A DNA stretch of 63,645 nucleotides, filler included, from Hyphochytrium catenoides (taxonomy: Eukaryota; Protista; Hyphochytriomycota), in assembly GCA_900088475.1 (NCBI GenBank). It is 8 parts of 8 records of this genome, joined end to end, with 100 filler letters (N's around TTAATTAATTAA, not from the genome) between each part and the next. Parts side by side here need not be neighbours in the genome. Positions count along the whole stretch, not along the records: positions 1 to 4,930 come from FLMG01002941.1; positions 5,031 to 11,738 come from FLMG01003525.1; positions 11,839 to 13,749 come from FLMG01004334.1; positions 13,850 to 15,606 come from FLMG01003074.1; 4 more parts are not named here. The stretch is one strand, 5' to 3'. Position numbers and translations under genes: made by a program. The notes beneath the pieces were generated by a model, which was given only the letters and a program-made list of their open reading frames with translations, was not told where the DNA came from and searched no databases. Of the stretch, positions 1-14,272 are shown one piece after another. The stretch's first letter is position 1. Each line of letters begins with the position of its first letter.

Positions 1-179
1 CTGGGCATATAAATAGAGCACTCTTATCTAATGACAATGTCCAATCATTCCATATAATTCAACAGGTTATGGGCCCACAAAAACCAGCCATCATCTCCGC
101 TTTCGTCGGCGACACACTGATATTCGCTCCAAACCTCACTAAAGTCACCTCAAACAACTACTTGCGAATCGCTTCGATG

Positions 180-720
180 TAAATGTCTGGGGGCTATTTC
201 CTTGGGGTCGAGTACTCAGAGATTGACAAAACCGCAAGATATATCTTCGACATACAAGACACATTGAAGACATACTGGAGAGATTTCGAATGGAGGAAAG
301 CAACTCGATCGGTACCCCAGCTTCGTCAGGTGATTGTCTGCTTGTGAACTCCCATCCTTGAGCCTAGCCGAAGAACAGGAGTTATTATCACAAATTCCAT
401 AGCGCGCCGCCGTCGGAGCGTTACTACATCTTATGCTTGCACACGACCAGACATAGCCTACGCAGTGCAGGCAGTGAGTCAACACATAACAAACTACCGG
501 AATGTCCACTGGAAGGCGGTCAAGACATCTTTCGGTACTTTTAAGGACACTAGCGCCTACGCAATATGTCTTGGGGGAAGCGTTTTGCTGATGCCGACTG
601 GGCCAATGACACATTCAGTTGTAAGTCAGTCACTGGATACCTATGACACTTATTTGGAACCGGTGCCTTCGCTTGGAAATGCAAGCTCGCTCGCACTCAA
701 CACGAGACGAGCGAGCTTGG
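180..720 (+). pseudogene. Decayed Ty1/copia reverse transcriptase to RNase H fragment
   Basis: Frameshifted pieces read YFLGVE, HIEDILERFRMEESNSIGTP, RAAVGALL, CTRPDIAYAVQAVSQH..HWKAVK, which are copia RT C-terminal motifs, with stops and frameshifts. Confidence 0.8.
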
Positions 721-879
721 CGAAGATGAAGATCATCCGGCAGCTTCTTTTCCCTCCTCTCCGACCACAATCACTTCTCCACTGTTGAACTGTGATCGAC
801 ACTGAAACCAAAAAGTGTACAGCGGACGAGCAGAGGATAGATCCCCTGGTATATAAACAAAAACGGAGATTAGTCAAGA

Positions 880-960
880 GTACGTTTGGTGTATGGTGCA
901 TACTGGTTAGGGTGTCGGCATCAAAGACAGAGGACCTGGGTTCGAATCCCGGAGCGTACA
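880..960 (+). ncRNA. tRNA-like Pol III gene inside LTR (Pro-AGG-like, distorted anticodon arm), copy 1
   Basis: Acceptor stem GTACGTT/AGCGTAC plus discriminator A. D-arm GTGT-ATGGT-GCAT (A-box). Variable region AGGAC. T-arm CTGGG-TTCGAAT-CCCGG (B-box). TATATAAA about 30 nt upstream and a short T-run downstream. Confidence 0.75.
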
Positions 961-1034
961 AAACCTTTCTCCGGTATATCCAGACACCCCCAATATTAGT
1001 TTAAGTGCTCACCACCCAATGATCAAATCTAAGA

Positions 1035-1064
1035 TGGTCTACGCTCCGAGCGATTTAACTCGGG
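1035..1064 (+). promoter_or_regulatory. Primer-binding site, copy 1
   Basis: TGGTCTACGCTCCGAGCGATTTAACTCGGG directly follows the LTR end and is complementary to the LTR tRNA-like 3' end plus CCA. Confidence 0.8.
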
Positions 1065-1154
1065 CAATATAGTGAGCCATTCGGTTCTGTGACCACGGAT
1101 GACCATCACAGTTAAATCCCCTGGTATATAAACAAAAACGGAGATTAGTCAAGA

Positions 1155-1235
1155 GTACGTTTGGTGTATGGTGCATACTGGTTAGGGTGTCGGCATCAAA
1201 AACAGAGGACCTGGGTTCGAATCCCGGAGCGTACA
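1155..1235 (+). ncRNA. tRNA-like Pol III gene inside duplicated LTR, copy 2
   Basis: Differs from copy 1 by one G>A substitution and is followed by AAACTTTT. Confidence 0.72.
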
Positions 1236-1310
1236 AAACTTTTCTCCGGTATATCCAGACACCCCCCAATATTAGTTTAAGTGCTCACCACCCAATGATC
1301 AAATCTAAGA

Positions 1311-1339
1311 TGGTCTACGCTCCGGCGATTTAACTCGGG
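1311..1339 (+). promoter_or_regulatory. Primer-binding site, copy 2
   Basis: TGGTCTACGCTCCGGCGATTTAACTCGGG after LTR end AAATCTAAGA. The first 15 nt are 14/15 complementary to ...CCGGAGCGTACA-CCA. Confidence 0.8.
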
Positions 1340-1758
1340 CAATATAGTGAGCCATTCGGTTCTGTGACCACGGATGACCATCACAGTTCCCTTTGAATCT
1401 AGAGCTCACAGAGCTCTCTAGATTCCGNNNNNNNNNNNNNNNNNNNNNNNNNNNNNNNNNNNNNNNNNNNNNNNNNNAAAACTTTTCTCCGGTATATCCA
1501 GACATCCCCCAATATTAATTCAAAGTGCTCACCATCCAATGATAAAATCTAACATTTCCACTCGGTCGTATCACTCGTGGTCGTGATAGACTGCTACAGG
1601 AAGACTCTCTTTCTTTTCCAATAGGACATGCTAATCTTCTGCATGTCTCTGAACCAATAACAGTCCGCGAGGCACTCTCTGGACCTCATGTCACAGATTG
1701 GCTAGCCGCCATTAGCTCAGAGCTTACATCAATGCAGCCATGAGGTTTACGATCTAGT

Positions 1759-2014
1759 TGTTAGATTTTATCATTGGACGGTGAGCACTTGAATTAATAT
1801 TGGGGGGTGTCTAGATATACCGGAGAAAAATTTTGTACGCTCCGGGTTTCAAACCCAGGACCTCTGTCTTTGATGCCGACACCCTAACCAGTATGCACCA
1901 TACACCAAACGTACTCTTGACTAATTTCCGTTTTTGTTTATATATCAGGGGTTCTTCCCCTCTGCGTCGTCCGCCGTACACCTTTTTGGTTTCAGCGTCG
2001 ATCACAGTTCAGCA
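1759..2014 (-). mobile_element. Solo LTR of the tRNA-bearing family
   Basis: 256 bp with TG...CA termini, reverse complement of 783-1034. Flanked by a 5-bp TSD CTAGT (1754-1758) / CTAAT (2015-2019). It splits copia EVYDLV|MPPLPGAHIIGSHWVFRVK. Confidence 0.9.
1834..1914 (-). ncRNA. tRNA-like gene inside solo LTR, copy 3
   Basis: Same cloverleaf, with AGGTC-CTGGG-TTTGAAA-CCCGG-AGCGTACA followed by AAATTTTT (Pol III terminator-like). The T-loop is mutated. Confidence 0.65.
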
Positions 2015-3614
2015 CTAATGCCGCCACTTCCCGGCGCTCATATCATCGGCTCTCACTGGGTCTTTAGGGTCAAGTTGCATAGCGATGGCTCAGTGGACAA
2101 GTACAAGGCATGTCTAGTCGCTCTTGGCAATCGACAGAAGCAAGGTATTGACTTTAGCGAGGTCTTTGCTCCGGTGATAGGAGGACAGATGACACTGTGC
2201 GCTGCCTTCTCTCGCTCGCCGCCACGCTGGATCCAGAAGTGCATCACGTCGATATCAAGACCGCCTTCCTGAATGACAATCTTGACAAGCAGGTGTACAT
2301 GCGTCAACCAGCAGGCTTTGCAACCCCTGGACAAGAATCACGTCTGGAAGCTGAAGAAGTCGATATATGGTCTCCGCCAGAGCCCCAAGATGTGGAATGA
2401 CGCGCTGCACCATTATCTGATTGAGCAAGGGTTCCAGCGCAGGGTTTGTGACTTTGGAGTACCGTCAAGCGGCACTCTTCCAGACCTGAGGACCTTGAGA
2501 TCGTCGGCGTCTTCCTTGATGACATGCTCCTCTTTGCTCCCACCACCGAGCAAATTGCAGGTCTCGAGACTATGCTGTCTGCTCGTTTCTCCATCGCCGA
2601 TCTGGGGGGTTTAGAGTACTACTTAGACATCCAAGTAAAGCGGGATCGAGCTGCTAGGAAGGTCTACCTTCGACAGTCGAAGTATATTACCGAGATTTTG
2701 GAGCGCTTCAACCTACTTGAGGCCTACCCACTCCTATCCCAACGGTGCCTAAGACGTACTTGCCCAAAGCTTCTACCATTCCTCTTTCTGAAGATGAAGC
2801 TGACGGGTTTGCTCGCACCCCTTATCGTCAAGCAGTGAGTTCCTTGCTGTACGTCATGGTGTGCACGCGGCCTGATATCGCTTATGCGGTGCAAGCCGTG
2901 GGCCAACACGTAATTGCCTTCCGCCACGTCCACTGGGAGGCTGTCAAGCGTCTCTTCACCTACCTGAAGGCCACCCAAGACCATTACTTGTGTCCAAGAG
3001 GAGGAGATACCCCTATTCAACCTCTCTGTCCGGCCTGATGCTGATTGGGCTGGTGACCCAGCTGACCGCCAGTCTATCACAGGCTATTTTTTGAGCCTCA
3101 ACGGCGGTGCTTTTGCGTGGACGTCAAAGAAACAATCTCTCCGAGCGTCGTCAACAAAGGAAGCGGAGTGCGTCTCTCTTTGGTCCGCAAGCCAGGTCGC
3201 AGAGCACTTCTTCAGTATATTCCTGGGCGAGCTCGGGTTCTCCACCAGCTGCCCATTCCTATTAATAAGGACAACCAGAGCGGAATTGTCCTCTGCTCCT
3301 CTTCACGACCAAAGTCGAAGACTTTGGATGTCAAGCACTGCGTCCTGCAAGAGAAGGTAGCCAATCGGAAAAATAAGCTGGTCTATACTCCCTCTGCAGC
3401 TATGGTAGCCGATTGGCTCACCAAGCCTTTAGCCGCTCCTCTCTTTCGCACACTGCGTCTACACCTTGGAGTACTCCCTCCTAGTAGCAGTACTCTTGCC
3501 ACTACTACCCACCTAGCTTCGTTTGAGGGGGAGAGAGTGAGTGAGACCGACAATTAGATGAGTTAATTCGACCATCACCACTGATGATCCAGAGAAGCTA
3601 GGTATGAGGGGGAG

Positions 3615-3985
3615 TGTTGAGTGCTACAATGTTTGTTGTCAGTGGTACAGTAGTCACTCTCTATATACACCTAGCTCTCAGGGACATAGACGTTACGGGT
3701 ACACCTGTGTTATAGGAAAGAGAGATGTGAGAAGATATCCAGAAGAACGCTGGAGCAGCACAGGAGAGAAGATGAGGAAGCTGGGCCGAGCAACAAAAGA
3801 TGTTGAGGGCAGACCAGAGAGACTCAAGACTCATGACTCAGTCTTTCAGAGAAATCTCAATCATATATCACTACCAGTCCCTTTGTTATCGTTTCATCTA
3901 GATTGTGCTCATACATAAGCTTCAGGCATTGCCATCCAGCTCTGTAAACTTCATCAAGAAGCAAGACATCGTGTCGTCTTCAACA
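3615..3985 (+). repeat. Copia 3' LTR (371 bp)
   Basis: Begins TGTTGA right after the PPT and ends TCAACA (6-bp terminal inverted repeat). Confidence 0.8.
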
Positions 3986-4097
3986 AATGAAGCTGAGTGC
4001 ATCTCTCTCTGGACCAGGATCCAAACATGCAGAACATATAGCCTTTTTCCTGAGTGAAAGCAAATACCCACAAGCCGGACCTGTCGAAGCATTTTGA

Positions 4098-4601
4098 TTG
4101 ATGAAGTTTACAGAGCTGGGTGGCAATGCCTGAAGGTTCTGTATGAGCACAATAAGATAGATGAAACGATAACAACAAAGGGACTGGCTATTGAGATATG
4201 ATTGAGATATCATATCTCTGAATGAGTCATGAGGTCGCTCTGGTATGCTCTCAAGATATTTGCTCGTCCCAGTTTCTCTCATAATCTATCTGTCGAACTT
4301 ACTCACCTAATTGTCGGTCTCACTCACTCACTCTCCCCCTCAGACGAAGCTAGGTGGGTAGTGGCAAGAGTACTGCTACTAGGAGGACTACTCGAAGGTG
4401 TGGACGCAGTGTGCGAAATAGAGGAGCGGCTAAAGGCTTGGTGAGCCGATCAGCTACCATCGCTCCGGAGGGAGTATTATAAGACCAGCTAATTCTCCCA
4501 TTGGCTACCTTCTCTTGCAGGACACGGTGACTGATATCTAAAGTCTTTGACTTTGGTCGTGAAGAGGAGCAGAGGACAACCGCGCTCTTGTTTTCCTTAA
4601 T
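4098..4601 (-). mobile_element. Inverted, internally deleted copy of the same copia 3' end (RNase H end, PPT, partial LTR)
   Basis: Diverged reverse complement of ~3261-3957 lacking ~3560-3770. Confidence 0.85.
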
Positions 4602-4930
4602 AATACAGCAGGCAAGCCTGAGGGCTCGCCCTTTTAGATAGGGGTAATCCAGCCTTGACCGGCAGGATTATTGTACGAGTACACCGTACTTTACTTGCTC
4701 AAGCAGGATTAAATCATAGTACAGTTACTCCGTTATTATTAGCATCTTAGCAAATTGAGATTTGATGAATAATAACCGAGTATATTTGTTTTTTATTTCG
4801 AATAGTAACCGGGTATATTTGTTCTATAACAATAGCCGGTAGGTCTAATAACAGCTATATAAAAACAACTACAACAGGGAGGAGTTGGAGTGGATTTGGT
4901 TCCTCAGTATAGTAATGGGGATAGGGAAAA

Positions 4931-5030
4931 NNNNNNNNNNNNNNNNNNNNNNNNNNNNNNNNNNNNNNNNNNNNTTAATTAATTAANNNNNNNNNNNNNN
5001 NNNNNNNNNNNNNNNNNNNNNNNNNNNNNN
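4931..5030. other. Assembly linker (N44-TTAATTAATTAA-N44); also at 11739, 13750, 15607, 41443, 61304, 62545
   Basis: Identical 100-nt spacer with a six-frame stop 12-mer recurring between contigs. Confidence 0.95.
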
Positions 5031-5204
5031 TCTCTCTCTCTCTCGCGCGCGCGCTCCTTCTCCAGAACAGGTCTTTGTCTCCTTCAGTCTCAGTGCCACT
5101 TTGCCTCCCTCCCTCTGGCAGAAGTCTACTTGATTAGACTTATTTTGCGTTGACATTTTGCGAACTTTACTTCCTTTCCCTCAACTGTTAATGTTATACT
5201 TTAG

Positions 5205-6391
5205 GGCATCTCGACGACAGATCTGATCAACAGGATCATCAGTCAGTACGACGAGTTCGTCCGGAGAAACCTGGCCAGAGGAATGACAGGAAAGGAAATG
5301 AATGTCCCGTTTGTCAAGGTAAAAGAGGCCCGTCCCTGTCCTCTCTTTACTCCTGTCCTCTTTTTGTTTATTAGTCCACCCCAACATCTCTGTCTCTCGG
5401 TCTCTCTACACCTCCATAATGCGCCCCCTCTCCCCGCCTCAGTATTCTCCCCGCCTCAGTATTGGAAGTCACTTCATTCTTCTCTCTCCCGCCTTTCTCC
5501 TCTCTCTCGCCCTTCTCTCACATTGACTCTTCTTTAGATTATTGATGTTCTTCTGCCATCTATCTCCTCTTCCACACAGGAACAACAGATCAAGTTTGGG
5601 ATTACAATGGATGTGCTCAAGAGCAAGGTCACGGGCGTTTTCTCTCCTTAAGCCTGAGCTTGCTCGTCTTCATTCATTCCCTCTGCTCCTCCATGTGTCT
5701 CTATAGTGCTTTTCCTAGCTCCTCCAAGATCTCTGGCTTCTCATCCCATCACGACCTCTCTGTTTCGGACGACTCGCTCTCTGCCTCTTTATCTCTTTCT
5801 CTCTCATTTACTCTCTCCTCTTCAACTTTGTGTCTCTCTTTCTCCAAGTCTGTTATTCTCTTCCCCCGGTCGAGTCTTCTCTACGCGTCCTCCTCTTGGC
5901 TAGGCTTAGTAACTTCGTACTTCCCGTCCCGCAGACCGCCGAGATTGTGAAGGATTCTGAGGGACTGCTAACTAGCTGGGCAGAAAAGGCTGAAGACTGG
6001 CAGCACAACTTTGTGCAGCTCTTCCAGAAGCACGGCGCGCTGGTAAGAGACTATTTCTACTCTTCCCTATCATCAGTTGGCACCTATTGCTCTCTCTCTC
6101 TCTGTCTGTCCCTCTCTCTCATATCTGCTAGTGTCTGTCCCTTCGTGTGGCTCTGCTTTGAAACTCTGATACCTTTTGGGTTCGGTTCCTCCTTCCCTCT
6201 CTCTTTCTCTCTCTCTCTCTCTGCCTTCTTGAAGTCCGCATCCTGCCCTTCCTTCCGTCCCTGTCTTCACCAATTGCCAATAAGCGTTTCCTTTCCCTCT
6301 CTCTTTTTCCTCCCAGCGGACTCGCTTACGAGAGCAGCGGCGGGCGATCAAGGAGCGACTCTCAGAAATAGCCCATGAGTCACTCTGCTAA
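5205..6391 (+). CDS. PCYT1: Choline-phosphate cytidylyltransferase (CCT), 3' exons (5205-5318, 5580-5627, 5935-6042, 6317-6391)
   Basis: Spliced product GISTTDLINRIISQYDEFVRRNLARGMTGKEMNVPFVK-EQQIKF...LLTSWAEKAEDWQHNFVQLF matches the CCT (RTE)GIST motif and amphipathic M domain. The 5' part is lost in the gap. Confidence 0.88.
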
Positions 6392-6803
6392 GGTTCCAGA
6401 CAGAGTGGAATAAATAACCAGCGGTTAATAGCAAAAGATATCCTACTAGGCGGGGACTATGGCAGAATAGTGCCTACTATTGGGGGAAGAAAGACTCACC
6501 AATAAAGTTCCCATTCATTTTGTTGTCTGGTCCTCTCTCTCTCTCTCTCTCTCTGTCTGTCTCTCTCTCTCTCTCTCTCGCCCTCTCCCCCCTTCTTTCC
6601 TTCTCGTCACTCTCTGATCTTTTGATCCTTCGCTCCTCTTTCTCCAGAGACTCTCTGCCTCTACTCTCTAAAGAAGAAAAGTAGTTTCTGCTGCATTCCT
6701 TGCGCCGCTAGACACACTTCTCTTTCACTCTCGCTTTCTCTCTCTCCTCTCTCTTTCTCACTCAGACTCTCTTGAGGACCTATCTCTTTCTCTTTGTGGC
6801 ATT

Positions 6804-11375
<4,572 letters not shown>

Positions 11376-12190
11376 CCTCTCCTTCTCTTCCTCTTCTCTT
11401 CTTTTCCTTCTTCTTCTTCTTCTCCTTCCCCTTCTTCATTTCTTCTGTCTCTCTCTCTTTCTCTCTTTCTCTTTCAGCTCTCTGGTCGAGGAAGGAGGTC
11501 AACCTTCAGTTGGGCCCCCAGGGCGGGGCAAGTGAGAGAAAGAAGACAGCCGCAGTGATTGCAATCACATAGTATAGGAAAGAGCGAGAGCGAGTGAGAG
11601 ACAGAGCGCCGAGCGAAAAGAGAGAGGAAGGAAGCACCGAGAGAGAGAAACAAGGAGAGAGAGAGAGAGAGAAAGGAGAGCGCGCGCGAGAGAGAGACGG
11701 ACAGACAGACACAGAGAGACAAAGAGAGAGAGAGAGAGNNNNNNNNNNNNNNNNNNNNNNNNNNNNNNNNNNNNNNNNNNNNTTAATTAATTAANNNNNN
11801 NNNNNNNNNNNNNNNNNNNNNNNNNNNNNNNNNNNNNNCTCTCTCTCTCTCTCTCTCTCTCTCTCTTGCTTCCTCTCTCTCTCTTTCTTTTCTCGAGAAA
11901 AAGGAGAGAGAGAAGAGAAAGAGACTGGCCAGGGCAGTATAGAGAGAGACTGTAGAAGAGATGATGGTGACGAATGATTGTGGAGAGAATGTCAAAGAAG
12001 AAAAACAGGATAGCGGAAGAAAGAAGAGAAGGATAGATAGAGCGTTCTTTTTTTCTTTGTAAGAGGCAAGTAAGGGCCAAGACTACCCTCACCAGGGCTA
12101 AAGCGTCAAGGAGAAAGAAACTAGAAAGAGAGTGTGCTGGTGAACCTTTGCTGCTTCCCACTTCTCCCCATTACGTGTTTTTTGTCCCTT

Positions 12191-12233
<43 letters not shown>

Positions 12234-12857
12234 CACTATTGGTTGGACTGGTGGGAGATAGTCCTCAAGTTGTTGATTGTATTCTTCTTCTGCCGCAGAC
12301 AAAGCAGAAGAAAGTAGAAGAGAGAAGAAGTAACGAATAACAATCAGGAGAGAGAGAGAAGAAGGCGGAAGCATGAAATAGACGAGAATGAAAGAAAGAG
12401 GAGAGAAAACAAAAGGAGAAACAAAGAGAAGAAGGAAGAAGAGAGACGCTGAAGAAGAAAGAATAGAGAGAGGGGAATAAAACGAACAGAGAGAGAAAAA
12501 AAAAGATAGAAGAAGAGGGGAGAAGAAAAAGAGATAACAGCTAGGAAATCATCGAGGAGACAAACGAGAGGACCGCCATATGACAGAGACTGAGAAGAAC
12601 TATGAAAAAGAGAAAATTGAGAGANNNNNNNNNNNNNNNNNNNNNNNNNNNNNNNNNNNNNNNNNNNNNNNNNNNNNNNNNNNNNNNNNNNNNNNNNNNN
12701 NNNNNNNNNNNNNNNNNNNNNNNNNNNNNNNNNNNNNNNNNNNNNNNNNNNNNNNNNNNNNNNNNNNNNNNNNACCAAGAACGACGTTATGTAGCAAGAG
12801 GAGGAGGAAGAACAGCAGCAGCGGAGTTAGATTCATGGACAAGGCAGCAGAGAAAAC

Positions 12858-12930
<73 letters not shown>

Positions 12931-13094
12931 CAGAGAGAGTAAGAGAGAGAGAAATCCAAGCCCTCTTGCTGTTTTACCCTTTTCTCTCGTTTTGTGGTTC
13001 CACCTCTGCTGCTCTCCGTTCCCTGGTCCGTTACACATACAGTTGTGGACCCTGTCCTCCCCCAGGACTATCTGAGATAAGGGGGAGAAGACTG

Positions 13095-13145
<51 letters not shown>

Positions 13146-13849
13146 AAAGAGGGAGAAAGACAGACAGAGAGGCAATGTAAAGAGGGGCAGACAGCAAAGA
13201 GCATATTGGGAAGGAAAGAGCTACAGTCATCAAGAGGGAGACAGAGAGAGAGAGAGAGAGAGAGAGAAAGGAGGGAGAGACAGAACAAGAGAGAGAAGAG
13301 GGGAGAGAAGGGGAGAGATGTCGTGTCTTTGTGAGCGTTACACTGACGAAGCGCCAGTTGTGTGGGAGGAGAGGCGAAAGAGAGGGAAAAAGCAACAGGC
13401 AAAGAGAGATACGTGATACCTGAGGATATGAGGCGGGTTAACTATGAGGCCTAGAGAGAGAGAGAGAGAGAAAGAGAGCGGCAGAGAGGGAGAGAGAGAG
13501 ACACATGAGACAGAGAAAGAAAGAGAAGAGAGGAAAGCAGAAAGAATAATAGGGAGACCCCACGTTGAGAGCTGAGAAGAAGAGACAGACGAGACAAAGA
13601 GGAAGAAGAGACAGAGAGAGGGAGAGAGAAAGAGAGAGAAGGTAATTGTGGGCTGGGTCTTTTCCCTATGATTTTGCGGGTACTCGAGCAAATCCTCCTC
13701 AATCGTCTTTTTGGTCCCTACTCCGGGGACCTCCTGCAATAGGAGGGGGNNNNNNNNNNNNNNNNNNNNNNNNNNNNNNNNNNNNNNNNNNNNTTAATTA
13801 ATTAANNNNNNNNNNNNNNNNNNNNNNNNNNNNNNNNNNNNNNNNNNNN

Positions 13850-14222
13850 CGTTTGTTTGTGAATGGAGATAGGTTCACCAGTCACAGCTGCAGAAGGTAC
13901 TCTCACTCAGTAATCATGGCGCTTCTAATTGACAGGTCACCCGTCTACAAAACTGCAGATCAGCTGTAGAATGGGCAGCTAGATGTGGTGCAACGGATAC
14001 AGAAATTCGTTCAAGCGGTCCGTGGGAAAGGTGATTGAAGGCGCGCCTCGCCAATAAGGAGATTTGCTCTAATAGCTGACTCGTATGCCTGCAAACAGTG
14101 ACGTATACTTCACCTATGCTGAGTCTGGCAGAGGGTTCCAGCAGCTTCAGAACGAGTGGACCAGGAAGGATGACACTGCCGAACTGTGGTTTTTCCGGAC
14201 TTTGTTGGTCTCGCACGAGTGA
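13850..14222 (+). CDS. Tyrosine recombinase C-terminal catalytic region, intron-split (Crypton-like); exons 13850-13896, 13959-14030, 14099-14222
   Basis: Spliced product RLFVNGDRFTSHSCRRSAVEWAARCGATDTEIRSSGPWESDVYFTYAESGRG... contains HxxR, GxW and the catalytic Tyr. Both introns are GT-AG and keep the frame. The 5' part lies in the gap. Confidence 0.8.
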
Positions 14223-14272
14223 GATATTAGTTAAGGATAAGTGCTCCTGTCGACACCTTATTAACCCTTTCA

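Larger units (their letters stand above)
841..1388 (+). repeat. 275-bp direct tandem duplication (partial LTR + PBS + leader)
   Basis: 841-1113 is repeated almost identically at 1116-1388. Confidence 0.9.
783..1554 (+). mobile_element. LTR retroelement (TRIM-like or gapped full element) with tRNA-bearing LTRs
   Basis: 5' LTR 783-1034 (TGTTGAAC...AAATCTAAGA), PBS starting TGG at 1035, and a 3' LTR end ...AAATCTAACA at 1554 after an N gap. Boundaries are defined by the reverse solo copy at 1759-2014. Confidence 0.8.
1555..3985 (+). mobile_element. Decayed Ty1/copia retrotransposon: pol (RT-RNase H), PPT and 3' LTR
   Basis: Motifs EPITVREALSGP..W, HWVFRVK..GSVDKYKACLVALG.RQKQGIDF, HVDIKTAFLN..VYMRQPAGF, KLKKSIYGLRQSPKMWN, FLDDML, PYRQAVSSLLYVMVCTRPDIAYAV, DADWAGDPADRQSITGY, WTSKKQ, MVADWLTKPL. 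PPT TGAGGGGGAG at 3605-3614. Many frameshifts. Confidence 0.92.

Noticed and set aside
880-960. tRNA-Sec / UGA-suppressor reading (GGCA-TCA-AA resembles the Sec anticodon loop)
   Set aside because: No long variable arm or extended acceptor stem, and the flanks do not form a 5-6-bp stem around a 7-nt loop.
783-1034. Ordinary tRNA-derived SINE
   Set aside because: The tRNA part is internal, the unit has TG..CA ends, a 5-bp TSD and a PBS, and there is no poly-A or simple-repeat tail.
792-1269. Short ORFs repeated in the LTR copies (MIDTETKK..., MYAPGFEPR...)
   Set aside because: They recur only because the LTR is repeated; no recognisable motif.
841-1388. CRISPR-like array
   Set aside because: A 275-bp unit duplicated in full, with no short repeats or unique spacers, in a eukaryotic context.
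778-1561. TSD TCCAC for the + strand element
   Set aside because: The right-hand copy is offset by 2 nt (CA-TT-TCCAC) and a gap lies inside, so it is not counted as firm evidence.
4975-4986. Recurrent TTAATTAATTAA palindrome
   Set aside because: Always centred in 44+44 Ns; an artificial six-frame stop linker, not biology.
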